In this document: positions 10,256-18,939 of the stretch, piece by piece
Layout: every line of letters begins with the position of its first letter
Position numbering within the stretch: the stretch's first letter is position 1
From: an uncultured delta proteobacterium
GTDB taxonomy: Bacteria; Myxococcota; Myxococcia; Myxococcales; Anaeromyxobacteraceae
Direction of reading: 5' to 3'
NCBI GenBank assembly: GCA_963828255.1
Contig: CAWHDZ010000033.1
Span: forward strand, 1-43,585
Length of the DNA stretch: 43,585 nucleotides
The notes under the pieces: model-generated
What the model saw: the letters and a program-made list of their open reading frames with translations, nothing else
What the model was told of the DNA's origin: nothing
Database searches by the model: none
Position numbers and translations under genes: made by a program

Positions 10256-11595
10256 AGTTCCTCCCAGACGTCGGCGGGGATCACGGGGGCGAGTCCACCA
10301 CCCCCCAGGATGTTGACGACGGGTGAGGCCGCGGCCCGGACCACGCTCCCGCCCGGGTGGACCGGGAGGAGCCCGGAGTAGGTGGAGACGTCGCGGTAGA
10401 GGGAGCCCGGTTCCGGACCCGAAGGCGTGATGCGCGTGGCCGGGCGGCGGGCCGCGAAGATCCGCTCCTGGGCCACGAACCCGCCCGCGCGCCGGTCGGC
10501 CGCGGCCTCCCGCACCACCCGTTCCCAGGTGGCCGGCTCGGTCTCCGCGCCCAGGTGGACGCTCTTCCCGCCGTAGTCCCAGCTGCGCTTCAGGACGAAG
10601 CCCTCCCGGCCCCCGACGAGCCGGTCCACCGTCTCCGGGGAGTGGAGCCTGGTCCAGGGCATGCGCCGGGCGGCGGCGAGCTCGACCGGATCGAGCCCGG
10701 CCAGCGCGGCCATCCCGGCTTCGCCGGCCGCCTCCGAGAGGCGCGCGAAGAGGGCCTTGGCCTCGAGCATCCCGTTCACCGGGTTCATGAGCGGCCAGCG
10801 GGACGGCTCCCGCAGCGCGCGGGCGAACGGGGAGCCCGGGGGCGTCCGGTGGGCCCAGACGTGCCGGTAGAGCAGGTCGTGGGCGTCCGGGTCGGCCTCG
10901 TCCGGAACCAGCACCGCGGTCTCGTGCCCCATCTGCCGGAAGTGGACCTCGAGCCGCCGCAACTCGCCGATCTGCGCGTCGCCGGGCCGGGCCACGATGG
11001 CGATGGAGGGACGCTCCCGCGCCCCGCCCCGCCACCGGTAGAAGGCGAGGAGCGTCTCCCGCAGCGCCTCCATGTGGCTTCCGGCCCGCGCGACCAGGTC
11101 CCTCTCGCGGCGGGGCGTCATTCCGCGCAGCCGCGCGGCCGCCCGGATCCAGGAGTGGGCCGCCAGGTCGGCGTAGGCGGGCATGGCGGGGATGGTGGCG
11201 TTGAGCTCGAGGGCGCGCGGCAGCCCCCCGTCGCCGGGCGGGAGGAAGTCCACGCGGGCGACCACCGCGGGGCACGGAGCCTCGGAGAAGAGGAGCCCCA
11301 TGGCGTCGGCCTCGAGCCCCTCGAACGGGCCGAGCAAGGCCTCGCGGTCGCGCGGATCTCCGCGGGCGAGCAGCGCCCGGGCCAGCTTCACCGACCCGGA
11401 CAGGATGGCGCGCGACTCGGCGGCGAGCCAGGAGAGGCGCTCCCGCGACTCGACCTCGGGCTCGGCCACGAGCGGGATGGGGACCACCTCGCCGTCGGGG
11501 CGCAGGACCGTCATGCCGCCCGCCCAGGCGAGCCTGGCCGCCTCGCTCCCGATGCGGACGATCTCCTCCTCGGTGAACGGACCGTTGCGGTGCAT
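10249..11595 (-). CDS. Circularly permuted ATP-grasp ligase (glutathionylspermidine/glutathione-synthetase-like fold)
   Basis: ARVDFL..ALELNA metal-binding segment near the N-terminus; FVLKRSWDYGGKSV, FVAQERI and VVNILGGGG later; start MHRNG at 11595. Confidence 0.75.
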   Translation of the reverse strand: MHRNGPFTEEEIVRIGSEAARLAWAGGMTVLRPDGEVVPIPLVAEPEVESRERLSWLAAESRAILSGSVKLARALLARGDPRDREALLGPFEGLEADAMGLLFSEAPCPAVVARVDFLPPGDGGLPRALELNATIPAMPAYADLAAHSWIRAAARLRGMTPRRERDLVARAGSHMEALRETLLAFYRWRGGARERPSIAIVARPGDAQIGELRRLEVHFRQMGHETAVLVPDEADPDAHDLLYRHVWAHRTPPGSPFARALREPSRWPLMNPVNGMLEAKALFARLSEAAGEAGMAALAGLDPVELAAARRMPWTRLHSPETVDRLVGGREGFVLKRSWDYGGKSVHLGAETEPATWERVVREAAADRRAGGFVAQERIFAARRPATRITPSGPEPGSLYRDVSTYSGLLPVHPGGSVVRAAASPVVNILGGGGLAPVIPADVWEELC

Positions 11596-11622
11596 GTCGG
11601 GCGCTGATAGCAAGGCGTTGTC

Positions 11623-12180
11623 ATGAAGATCTACACGAAGACCGGCGACGGTGGGGAGACCAGCCTCTTCGGGGGCGGTCGCGTCCCCAAGGACGACGCC
11701 CGCGTCGAGGCCTACGGGGCGGTGGACGAGCTGAACGCCGCCATCGGTCTCGCCCGGGCCCTCGCGCCCGCGGCGGAGGTGGACTCCGAGCTGGCCCGCA
11801 TCCAGTCCGAGCTTTTCGCGGTCGGGGCCGAGCTGGCCACGCCGCACGACGCCCGGGCCCACGGGGCGCTCCCCGGCGTCCGGGGCGAGTGGGCCGAGGC
11901 GCTCGAGCGCCGGATGGACCGCTGGGACGAGGAGCTGGCTGCCCTCACCGCCTTCGTGCTCCCGGGAGGAACGGCGGCCGCCGCCGCGCTCCACGTGGCC
12001 CGGGCCACCTGCCGCCGCGCCGAGCGGCGCTCGGTGGCCCTCTCGCACCTCGTCCACATCGACCCCGCGGTGGTGGTCTACCTGAACCGGCTCTCCGACT
12101 TCCTCTTCGAGGCCGCCCGCGCCGAGAACCTGCGCTCCGGCGTCGCCGAGACCCTCTGGCTCCCGCGGAAGGGCGGCTGA
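11623..12180 (+). CDS. PduO-type ATP:cob(I)alamin adenosyltransferase
   Basis: MKIYTKTGDGGETSL, AYGAVDELNA, CRRAER, YLNRLSDFLF. Confidence 0.93.
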   Translation: MKIYTKTGDGGETSLFGGGRVPKDDARVEAYGAVDELNAAIGLARALAPAAEVDSELARIQSELFAVGAELATPHDARAHGALPGVRGEWAEALERRMDRWDEELAALTAFVLPGGTAAAAALHVARATCRRAERRSVALSHLVHIDPAVVVYLNRLSDFLFEAARAENLRSGVAETLWLPRKGG

Positions 12181-12181
12181 C

Positions 12182-12886
12182 ATGGCGCCCCGCCGGCGTG
12201 TCGCGCTCGTCACCGGCGCCGGGACGCGGGTGGGCCGGGCCATCGCGCTGGACCTCTCCCGCAACGGCTGGGAGGTGGTGGCCCACTTCCACTCCCATCG
12301 CCCGCCGCGCACGCTGCTCGGCATCCGCGGCGACCTCTCCCTGCCCGACGGCCCGTCGTCGCTGGCCCGCGCCTTCCGCAAGCGCTTCGACCGGCTCGAC
12401 CTGCTCGTGAACAGCGCCGCCCTCTTCGAGCGGCGCGCCGTCGAGGACACCGACGCGGCGCTCTTCGACGCCCAGATGGCGCTGAACGCCCGGGCGCCGC
12501 TGCTCCTCACCCGCGCGCTCCTGCCGCTGCTCCGCCGGGCACGCGGATCGGTGGTGAACGTGATCGACGTGGGCGGCGCCATCGTCCCCTGGGCCAGCTA
12601 CTCCGCCTACGGGGCGTCCAAGGCGGCGCTGCGCGCGGTGACCGAGGCGCTGGCCCTCGAGCTCGCGCCGTCGGTGCGGGTGAACGGGGTGGCGCCGGGG
12701 ACGGTGCTCTGGCCGGAGAGCTACACCGCCGGAGCGCGGCGGAGGCTTGCGCGGCGCATCCCGCTCCGCCGGGTGGGCGCTCCGGAGGACGTGGCCCGGG
12801 CGGTGCGATTCCTCGCCGACTCCCCGTTCGTGACCGGGGCGCTCGTCCCGGTGGACGGCGGAAGACACCTCGGAATTCCGGGCTGA
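12182..12886 (+). CDS. SDR oxidoreductase, pteridine reductase/FolM-like
   Basis: VTGAGTRVG, LVNSA, YGASK, VRVNGVAPG, VDGGRHL. Confidence 0.85.
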   Translation: MAPRRRVALVTGAGTRVGRAIALDLSRNGWEVVAHFHSHRPPRTLLGIRGDLSLPDGPSSLARAFRKRFDRLDLLVNSAALFERRAVEDTDAALFDAQMALNARAPLLLTRALLPLLRRARGSVVNVIDVGGAIVPWASYSAYGASKAALRAVTEALALELAPSVRVNGVAPGTVLWPESYTAGARRRLARRIPLRRVGAPEDVARAVRFLADSPFVTGALVPVDGGRHLGIPG

Positions 12887-12936
12887 TCCGGGGGCGAACG
12901 CCCCTTTACCCGGGGGTCCCGCCTTCGCCGATTGCC

Positions 12937-12953
12937 TGGACCGGCCCGGTCCA
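12937..12953. promoter_or_regulatory. Perfect 8-1-8 palindrome (candidate operator) upstream of the Fe-S carrier gene
   Basis: TGGACCGG-C-CCGGTCCA lies between TTGCCT (12932-12937) and TAAGAA (12955-12960). Confidence 0.4.
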
Positions 12954-12969
12954 TTAAGAAGGGAGCACC

Positions 12970-13356
12970 ATGGAAACTGCCACCGCCACCGCGCCCGTCT
13001 CCCAGGACCTCGCCAGCGAGGTCCCCAACTTCGTCTCCTTCACCGACAAGGCCGTCGAGATGGTCATCGCCGCCATCGAGCAGGAGGGTCTCGCCGGTCA
13101 CGGGATCCGCGTCGGCGTCGCCGGCGGCGGGTGCTCCGGCTTCCAGTACACGATGGACTTCGAGAAGGACGCCAAGGACGGCGACCTCGTCCTCGAGCAG
13201 ACCAGCAGCCTCAAGCTCTACGTGGACCCCATGAGCGCCATGTACCTCCAGGGCGTCACGGTGGACTACATCCAGGGGCTCCAGGGCGCCGGGTTCAAGT
13301 TCATCAACCCGAACGCCAAGAACACCTGCGGCTGCGGCTCGTCCTTCTCGGCCTAG
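12970..13356 (+). CDS. A-type Fe-S cluster carrier (IscA/ErpA/HesB family)
   Basis: GGGCSGFQY, NPNAKNTCGCGSSF; GGGAG RBS. Confidence 0.95.
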   Translation: METATATAPVSQDLASEVPNFVSFTDKAVEMVIAAIEQEGLAGHGIRVGVAGGGCSGFQYTMDFEKDAKDGDLVLEQTSSLKLYVDPMSAMYLQGVTVDYIQGLQGAGFKFINPNAKNTCGCGSSFSA

Positions 13357-13362
13357 CCGGCC

Positions 13363-14028
13363 TTGATCGTCGTCCGCCAGGCGGTCGTCGGACCCTTCTC
13401 CGAGAACACCTGGCTCGTCGCCGACCCGGCGACGGGTGACGCGCTGGTGATCGACCCGGGGGGCGAGACCGCCCGGGTTCTCGGCCTCGCCCAGCCCGAC
13501 TTCCGCATCGGCGGCGTCCTCGCCACCCACGGCCACGTGGACCACGTCGTGGGGGCCGAGGAGCTCTGCCGGAGGACCGGCGCCCCCTTTCGCATCCACG
13601 CCTCCGACGAGCCCTTCCTGCGGGCGCTGCCCGGACAGGCTGCCGGCCTGGGCTTCGGCGTGGCCCGTTCGCCTCCGGTCACGTCCTTCCTCTCCGACGG
13701 CGACTCCGTCCGGGTGGGGACCCAGGAGGGCCGGGTGATCCACACGCCGGGACACAGCCCGGGCGGCGTGTGCCTCTTCTTCCCGGCGGACGGGGCGCTC
13801 TTCTGCGGCGACACGCTCTTCGCGGGTTCGGTGGGGCGCACCGACCTGCCGGGGGGCAACGGGCCCGAGCTCTTGCGCTCCATCCGCGAGCGGCTCTTCC
13901 CGCTCGGCGACGACGTCCGCTTCTTCCCGGGGCACGGCCCGGGGGGCACGCTCGGCGAGGAGCGGCGCCAGAATCCCTACGCCGGGGACGACGCCGCGCG
14001 CCCTACCCCATCGACACCACGCCCATGA
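13363..14028 (+). CDS. Metallo-beta-lactamase-fold hydrolase (glyoxalase II/YcbL-like)
   Basis: THGHVDH, TPGHSPG, GDTLF, GRTDLPGG, PGHG. Confidence 0.9.
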   Translation: MIVVRQAVVGPFSENTWLVADPATGDALVIDPGGETARVLGLAQPDFRIGGVLATHGHVDHVVGAEELCRRTGAPFRIHASDEPFLRALPGQAAGLGFGVARSPPVTSFLSDGDSVRVGTQEGRVIHTPGHSPGGVCLFFPADGALFCGDTLFAGSVGRTDLPGGNGPELLRSIRERLFPLGDDVRFFPGHGPGGTLGEERRQNPYAGDDAARPTPSTPRP

Positions 14029-14788
14029 TGTTCTGGCCGGCGTCCACGTAGAGGGTCTCGCCGGTGACCCCGGAGCCCAGCGACGAGCAGAGGAAGAGGG
14101 CCGCCTTGCCCACCTCGTCGTGCTCGATGTTGCGGCGCAGCGGCGTCTTCGATGCGTTCTCGCCGAGCATGGTGCGCATGCCCTTGATGCCGGCCGCCGC
14201 CAGGGTCTTGAGCGGACCCGCGCTGATGGCGTTCACGCGGATCCCCTCGCGCCCCATGTCCTCGGCCAGGTAGCGCACCGAGGCCTCCAGGGCGGCCTTG
14301 GCGACCCCCATGACGTTGTAGTTGGTCACGACCTTCTCGGCTCCGTAGTAGCTCAGGGTGACGATGCTCGACCCGGGGCGCATCATGGGGCGGAAGGCGC
14401 GGGCCAGCGCGATGAGCGAGTAGGCCGAGACGTCCATGGTGATGCGCCAGGCTTCACGGGTGGTGACGTCGGTGAAGCGTCCGTCGAGGGCCTCGCGGGG
14501 CGCGTAGCCGATGGCGTGGACCAGCACGTCCACCGAGTCCCAGACCTTCCCGACCTCCTTCACGGCGGCGTCGATCTGCTCGTCGCTCGACACGTCGACG
14601 TCGAGCACGGCGGCGGGGTTCAGGGTCTTCACCAGGGGGATGGTGCGCTTGCCCATGGCCTCGCCGGGGTACGAGAAGGCCAGCTCCGCCCCCTCGGCCT
14701 TGAACTGCTGGGCGATGGCCCAGGCGATGCTGCGGTCGTTGGCGACCCCGGTGACGAACGCCCTCTTTCCCTGCATCAGTCCGCTCAT
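14003..14788 (-). CDS. fabI: Enoyl-ACP reductase FabI
   Basis: GVANDRSIAW, YNVMGVAKAALE, VNAISAGPLKTLAA. Confidence 0.95.
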   Translation of the reverse strand: MSGLMQGKRAFVTGVANDRSIAWAIAQQFKAEGAELAFSYPGEAMGKRTIPLVKTLNPAAVLDVDVSSDEQIDAAVKEVGKVWDSVDVLVHAIGYAPREALDGRFTDVTTREAWRITMDVSAYSLIALARAFRPMMRPGSSIVTLSYYGAEKVVTNYNVMGVAKAALEASVRYLAEDMGREGIRVNAISAGPLKTLAAAGIKGMRTMLGENASKTPLRRNIEHDEVGKAALFLCSSLGSGVTGETLYVDAGQNIMGVVSMG

Positions 14789-14830
14789 GCCGTTGCTCTC
14801 CTGGTCTCCGCCGGGCTGGCCGGCTCGCTG

Positions 14831-15154
14831 CTAGGACGTCCCGAGCGCCTCGCGGGCCTGCGTCAGCTCCGAGAGCGCGTGGTCGTTCCCGGACTGGCGC
14901 GCCGCCCGGATGCCCCGATCGTAGACCCCCGCAGCCTCGGCACCGCGGTCCAGCATCTCGAGCGTCTGGCCCCACATGAGATAGGTCGGGACGTACCCGG
15001 GGACGCGCCCCGCCAGTTCCTCGAAGGACCGGACGGCGTCGTCGAGCTGCCCGGCCCCGCGCTGACCCATGGCCAGCGAGTAGCGCGCGAACGGGTCATC
15101 CGGGCTGCGCTCCACGATCTTGCGAAAGGCCTCGAGGCGCTGCTCGGGAGTCAC
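14831..15154 (-). CDS. Small TPR-repeat protein
   Basis: PDDPFARYSLAM, PGYVPTYLMWGQTL and YDRGI helical repeats; GTG start at 15154. Confidence 0.8.
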   Translation of the reverse strand: MTPEQRLEAFRKIVERSPDDPFARYSLAMGQRGAGQLDDAVRSFEELAGRVPGYVPTYLMWGQTLEMLDRGAEAAGVYDRGIRAARQSGNDHALSELTQAREALGTS

Positions 15155-15224
15155 GCGCGGTCTTGTAGCAGAGGGGCGTCGCTGCCGCCACCGCGGCCGT
15201 GCGGCGCGCGGTAAGCTCCGGTCC

Positions 15225-15827
15225 GTGGAGCGGATTCCCGACAGCACCGGCGTCCTCGTTGCCGGCGGACAGGCGCGGCGCCTGGGGGGAGCGGCCAAGG
15301 GGTTCGTGCGTCTCCGGGGCGTCCCGGTGGCGGAGCGCTCCCTGGCGCTCTTCCGCGATCTCTTCGAGGAGGTCCTGGTGGTCGCGAACGACCCGGGGCC
15401 CTGGGTCGCGCTGGGGGTGCGGGTGGTCCCCGACGCGATCACCGGCAAGGGCGCGCCGGGCGGCCTGCACGCGGCGCTCCGGGGCGCGCGCACCGGGTGG
15501 ATCTTCACCGCCGCCTGCGACATGCCCTTCCTCGCGGAGGGGCCCATCCGCCACCTCGCCGCCCGCCGCGACGGGGCCCCGGCCGTCCTCGTCGAGTGGG
15601 AGCGTGGGCTGGAGGGGCTGCACGCCTTCTGGTCGCGGGGCGCGCTCCCCGCGGTGGAGCGGATGCTCCGGGAGGGGGACCCGTCGCTGCGGGCCATCGC
15701 CGCGGAGATCGGCGCGCGCGTGGTGCCCGCCCGGGAATGGCGCGAGGTGGACCCGGACGGACGCTGCCTCGAGAACGTGAACACGCCGGAGGACATCGTG
15801 CGGCTCGGCCTCGAGCCCCCGTGCTAG
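15225..15827 (+). CDS. mobA: Molybdenum cofactor guanylyltransferase
   Basis: LVAGGQARRLGG..K, GGLHAAL, ACDMPF, NVNTPED; GTG start at 15225. Confidence 0.9.
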   Translation: MERIPDSTGVLVAGGQARRLGGAAKGFVRLRGVPVAERSLALFRDLFEEVLVVANDPGPWVALGVRVVPDAITGKGAPGGLHAALRGARTGWIFTAACDMPFLAEGPIRHLAARRDGAPAVLVEWERGLEGLHAFWSRGALPAVERMLREGDPSLRAIAAEIGARVVPAREWREVDPDGRCLENVNTPEDIVRLGLEPPC

Positions 15828-15859
15828 ATTGCGCCGCCTCGACGGATCGCGGAGCCGCC

Positions 15860-16541
15860 ATGGACATCGCCACCCTCACGAAGTCGACCCTCGCCGCCAC
15901 CCTGGCGCTCACGCTCGCCGCCTGCGGCTCGGATGCGAGCGACGGATCGACGGTGCTCAAGGTCCCGGTCGGGAACTCGCCCGTGGACGGACCGGCCGAC
16001 GCCTGGGTCACCATCGTCACCTTCTCCGACTTCCAGTGCCCCTACTGTGGCGCGGTTCAACCCACGCTTGCCACGGTGCTGCCGGAGTTCGGCGGCGACG
16101 TGCGTCTCGTGTTCAAGCACTTCCCGCTCTCCATGCACGGCCGTGCCCGCCCGGCCGCGGTGGCGGCGACCTGCGCCCACGCGCAGGGGCGATTCTGGGA
16201 GTTCCACGATCTCGTCTTCGGGGAGCAGGCCGCACTCTTCGGCGGGTCCGACTTCGAGGCGGCGCTCGCATCCGTCGCCAGCCGGGCCGGGCTCGACGTG
16301 ACCGCCTGGCAGGCCTGCCGGTCGGACCAGGCCCCAGACGCCATCGTCTCCTCTGACATCGATCTCGGCGCGCGCCTGGGCATCCAAGGGACCCCGACGT
16401 TCGTCGTGAACGGCGCCGCCATCGTCGGCGCCATGCCGGCCTCGACCTTCCGGACCGCCATCGAGGCGGCGCGGAAAGCGAGCCCGCGCGAGCGGGGTTC
16501 CGGCCGCGCAGTACTACGACAAGGTCATCCTCGGGCACTGA
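15860..16541 (+). CDS. DsbA-family thioredoxin-fold lipoprotein, probable frameshift near 16480
   Basis: Lipobox LAAC, FSDFQCPYC, FKHFPL, cis-Pro loop GTPTF. The alternative frame gives a more plausible C-terminus ASGVPAAQYYDKVILGH*. Confidence 0.85.
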
Positions 16542-16559
16542 CGCGCTGACGCCGCCTCG

Positions 16560-17701
16560 CGGCAGTACCAGTCGATCTGCTGCACCTCGGGCAGGGGCAG
16601 GTGTAGTCGGTCGTGACCGGGCGGCCCCTTCGAGCGCCCCGGAGTAGCAGAAGACCGCGCAACCGATGTCCGACCCGAGGAGCGGCTTCTGCCAGACGAG
16701 GCAGGCGACCCGCCAGCCTGCCGGGCACGACGGGTCGGCGTCGATCCGGTTGCCGTCCGGCGCCCAGGTCGCGCGGCGATCTCGGCCGTGACGCCAGGTC
16801 CAGATGGAGGTGGGCGCGCAGTCGTAGTAGGTCTGCTCGAAGGGCGTTCCCACGAAGTTCCTGTGCTGCGTTGGCCCCGACGTACCGCAGCAGGTGTTGC
16901 CGGCGACCGGGGCCTGGCAGCAGGTCCCGCCACAGGTGAGGGTCGTGCAGGCTTCCTGGCAGACGCCGGCGGAGCAGGTCGGGGCCGACGGGCAGGCGTG
17001 GTGCAGGTGCCACAGTGGCGGGGTCGTTCCGGGAGTCGACACAGGAACCGCCGCAGAGGGTGAAGCCGGCCGCGCAGATCTGCTGGCAACTCCCGGCCGC
17101 GCACGTCTACCCTGCGCGCAGACGTGGCGCAGGAGCCGCAGTGCTGGCGGGTCGGTTGCGAGGTTGGTGCAGACAGTGGGGGCCCCGGTTCTCGCAGACT
17201 GGTGTTGCGGACGCACACTGGCAGGTCCCGGTGCAGCAGGTCGTCGGCGGGATACAGACATTGGTACAGCCCCCGCAGTGGGCCGCGCTCGACGAGGTAT
17301 CGACACAGGTTCCGGCGGCGGGTCGTCGAGCAGAGCGCGACGGTGGCGACGTGGAAGTGCAGACGCAGGCCGCGGCCGCGCAGGTCCCGAGGCCGCAGGC
17401 GTGACCGCAGCTGCCGCAGTTGACGGGGTCGGTTGCTGTGTCGACGCAGACCCCCCGCAGGAGGCCTGGCCGGTCGGGCACCCGCAGACCCCATCGACGC
17501 AGGATGCCCCTGGTTGCAGGAGACGTTGCAGGTGCCGCAGTACAGGGGGTTCGACGCGAGGTCCACGCAGACCCCGCCGCAGGACGTCTGGCCGGTCGGA
17601 CAGGTGGTCGAGGTCGAGCTACAGCCCGACGCGACGACCACGACGACCAGCGCGAGCAGCCATCCGCCCCGCGCCACGGGATTTCCGATCGAGACGGCCA
17701 T
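16560..17701 (-). pseudogene. Cys-rich repeat lipoprotein (myxobacterial CVDxxxDPxHCGxC type), multiply frameshifted; pseudogene or sequencing errors, 3' end approximate
   Basis: Lipobox VASGC. Repeats CVDLASNPLYCGTC, CVDTATDPVNCGSC, CVDTSSSAAHCGGC, CTNLATDP/HCGSC and HCGTC are spread across all three minus frames. Confidence 0.75.
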
Positions 17702-17750
17702 CCTGCGCCTCCCTGGGCTGGAACCGACCTTCGCCGTCAGTCTAGACCGC

Positions 17751-18047
17751 TCAGCGCACGGTGGTGATGGCCCGACGGGGGCGCACCGGCTTTCGCGGCA
17801 CCACCTCCGACTTGGCCCGCGTCAGGCGTGCCTTCGCGTCGGTCTTCTGGCGGTTCGAACCCTTCCGGGTGGACTTGCGCGAGGGGCGCGTTCCCGGCGC
17901 GTGGTCCTCGAAGGCGTAGAGCGCCTTCCGGTCCTTCTCGGACAGGTTGTGGGGCTTCGGACCGGGCTTCGCCTTCTTCACCGCCTTCGGCTTCTTCGGT
18001 CCGGCGCGCTCGGTGTTGTACCTGAACCACTCGGCCCTGGTCGCCAT
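17751..18047 (-). CDS. Small Lys/Arg-rich hypothetical protein
   Basis: 98-aa ORF with GGAGG RBS, GC3-biased codons, and an upstream TACAAT. Confidence 0.7.
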   Translation of the reverse strand: MATRAEWFRYNTERAGPKKPKAVKKAKPGPKPHNLSEKDRKALYAFEDHAPGTRPSRKSTRKGSNRQKTDAKARLTRAKSEVVPRKPVRPRRAITTVR

Positions 18048-18092
18048 GTCTTGCCTCCGCTGGCAGCGGGTGGAGTCCGATTGTAGCGCCCC

Positions 18093-18836
18093 TCAGGCGC
18101 TGCGTCGCCAGCGCGCGTTGTGGCGGGACAGGTCGGCGTCGAGGGAGGGGATCTCCTGCTCGCGGACCAGCCCGATCTCCACGAAGAACTGGCCGATCCG
18201 GCGCTGGAGCCGCCGCTGCCGCCCGAGCAGCGCAAGCAGCTGCCCTCCGGAGAGGAACCCCTGCCGGCGCGCGTACTCGCCGAAAGGCTCCTCCACCCGG
18301 TCGCGGCGGCGGCGGTCGAGGATCTCCCGCACCTCGTCGTCGGAGAGGTGGCCCCACTCGACGGCGATCCGCCCGATGGAGGGGCGCTGGCGGCGCTGCC
18401 AGGAGACGGCTTCCACGAGGTTTCGCCAGGAGGCACGGCCCGAGTAGTAGAGGAACTCGGCGAAGAGGAGCGGGCGGTGCGGCAGGGGAGCGCGGCTCAG
18501 GTGGTCCCGGGGCGGGCGGGAGGCCGGTTCCCGGTGTCGCTGCGCGACCGGGCGCGGCGGCGGGGGGGCCTCCTCCCGCGACAGGAACGCGTAGGCCTCG
18601 AAGATCTGGCGGAACTCCTCGGCGAGGCTCGACTCGCTGCGGCCGAGGGCATGGGCTCGGTCGGGATGTGTCTCGAGCGCGCGGCGCCGGAACGCCTCCC
18701 GGACCTCGCGGCGGAACCCCTCCCCGCTCGCGCTGGTGGGACGGTTGGCGCCGAAGACCAGGTCGAGCGCCACCTCCACGTCACCACGCTCTCCGCTTTC
18801 CCGAGTCTCCACGGCCGCCTCCGCCCTTCCCCACAT
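18093..18836 (-). CDS. J-domain protein with four C-terminal MshEN-like repeats (start uncertain)
   Basis: EVREAFRRRALETHPDR...FRQIFEAYAFL is a J domain, followed by a Pro-rich linker and 24-aa repeats. Confidence 0.8.
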   Translation of the reverse strand: MWGRAEAAVETRESGERGDVEVALDLVFGANRPTSASGEGFRREVREAFRRRALETHPDRAHALGRSESSLAEEFRQIFEAYAFLSREEAPPPPRPVAQRHREPASRPPRDHLSRAPLPHRPLLFAEFLYYSGRASWRNLVEAVSWQRRQRPSIGRIAVEWGHLSDDEVREILDRRRRDRVEEPFGEYARRQGFLSGGQLLALLGRQRRLQRRIGQFFVEIGLVREQEIPSLDADLSRHNARWRRSA

Positions 18837-18939
18837 GCGCTTACATCCACCTCACATGTGGGATGCTCGGTCGGAACGGGCCCCGTGTCGAGCTTCTGGC
18901 CGTCCGGAGCGCATGTCGAGGTTGGCAGCCAGGCCAGGA

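Noticed and set aside
12891..12907. GGGGC-GAAC-GCCCC-TTT as an intrinsic terminator after the SDR gene
   Set aside because: Only a 5-bp stem and 3 T residues; too weak to call.
16560..17701. Programmed frameshifting or selenocysteine recoding in the Cys-rich gene
   Set aside because: The shifts are numerous and irregular, with no common slippery site and no in-frame TGA at Cys positions; errors or decay are simpler explanations.
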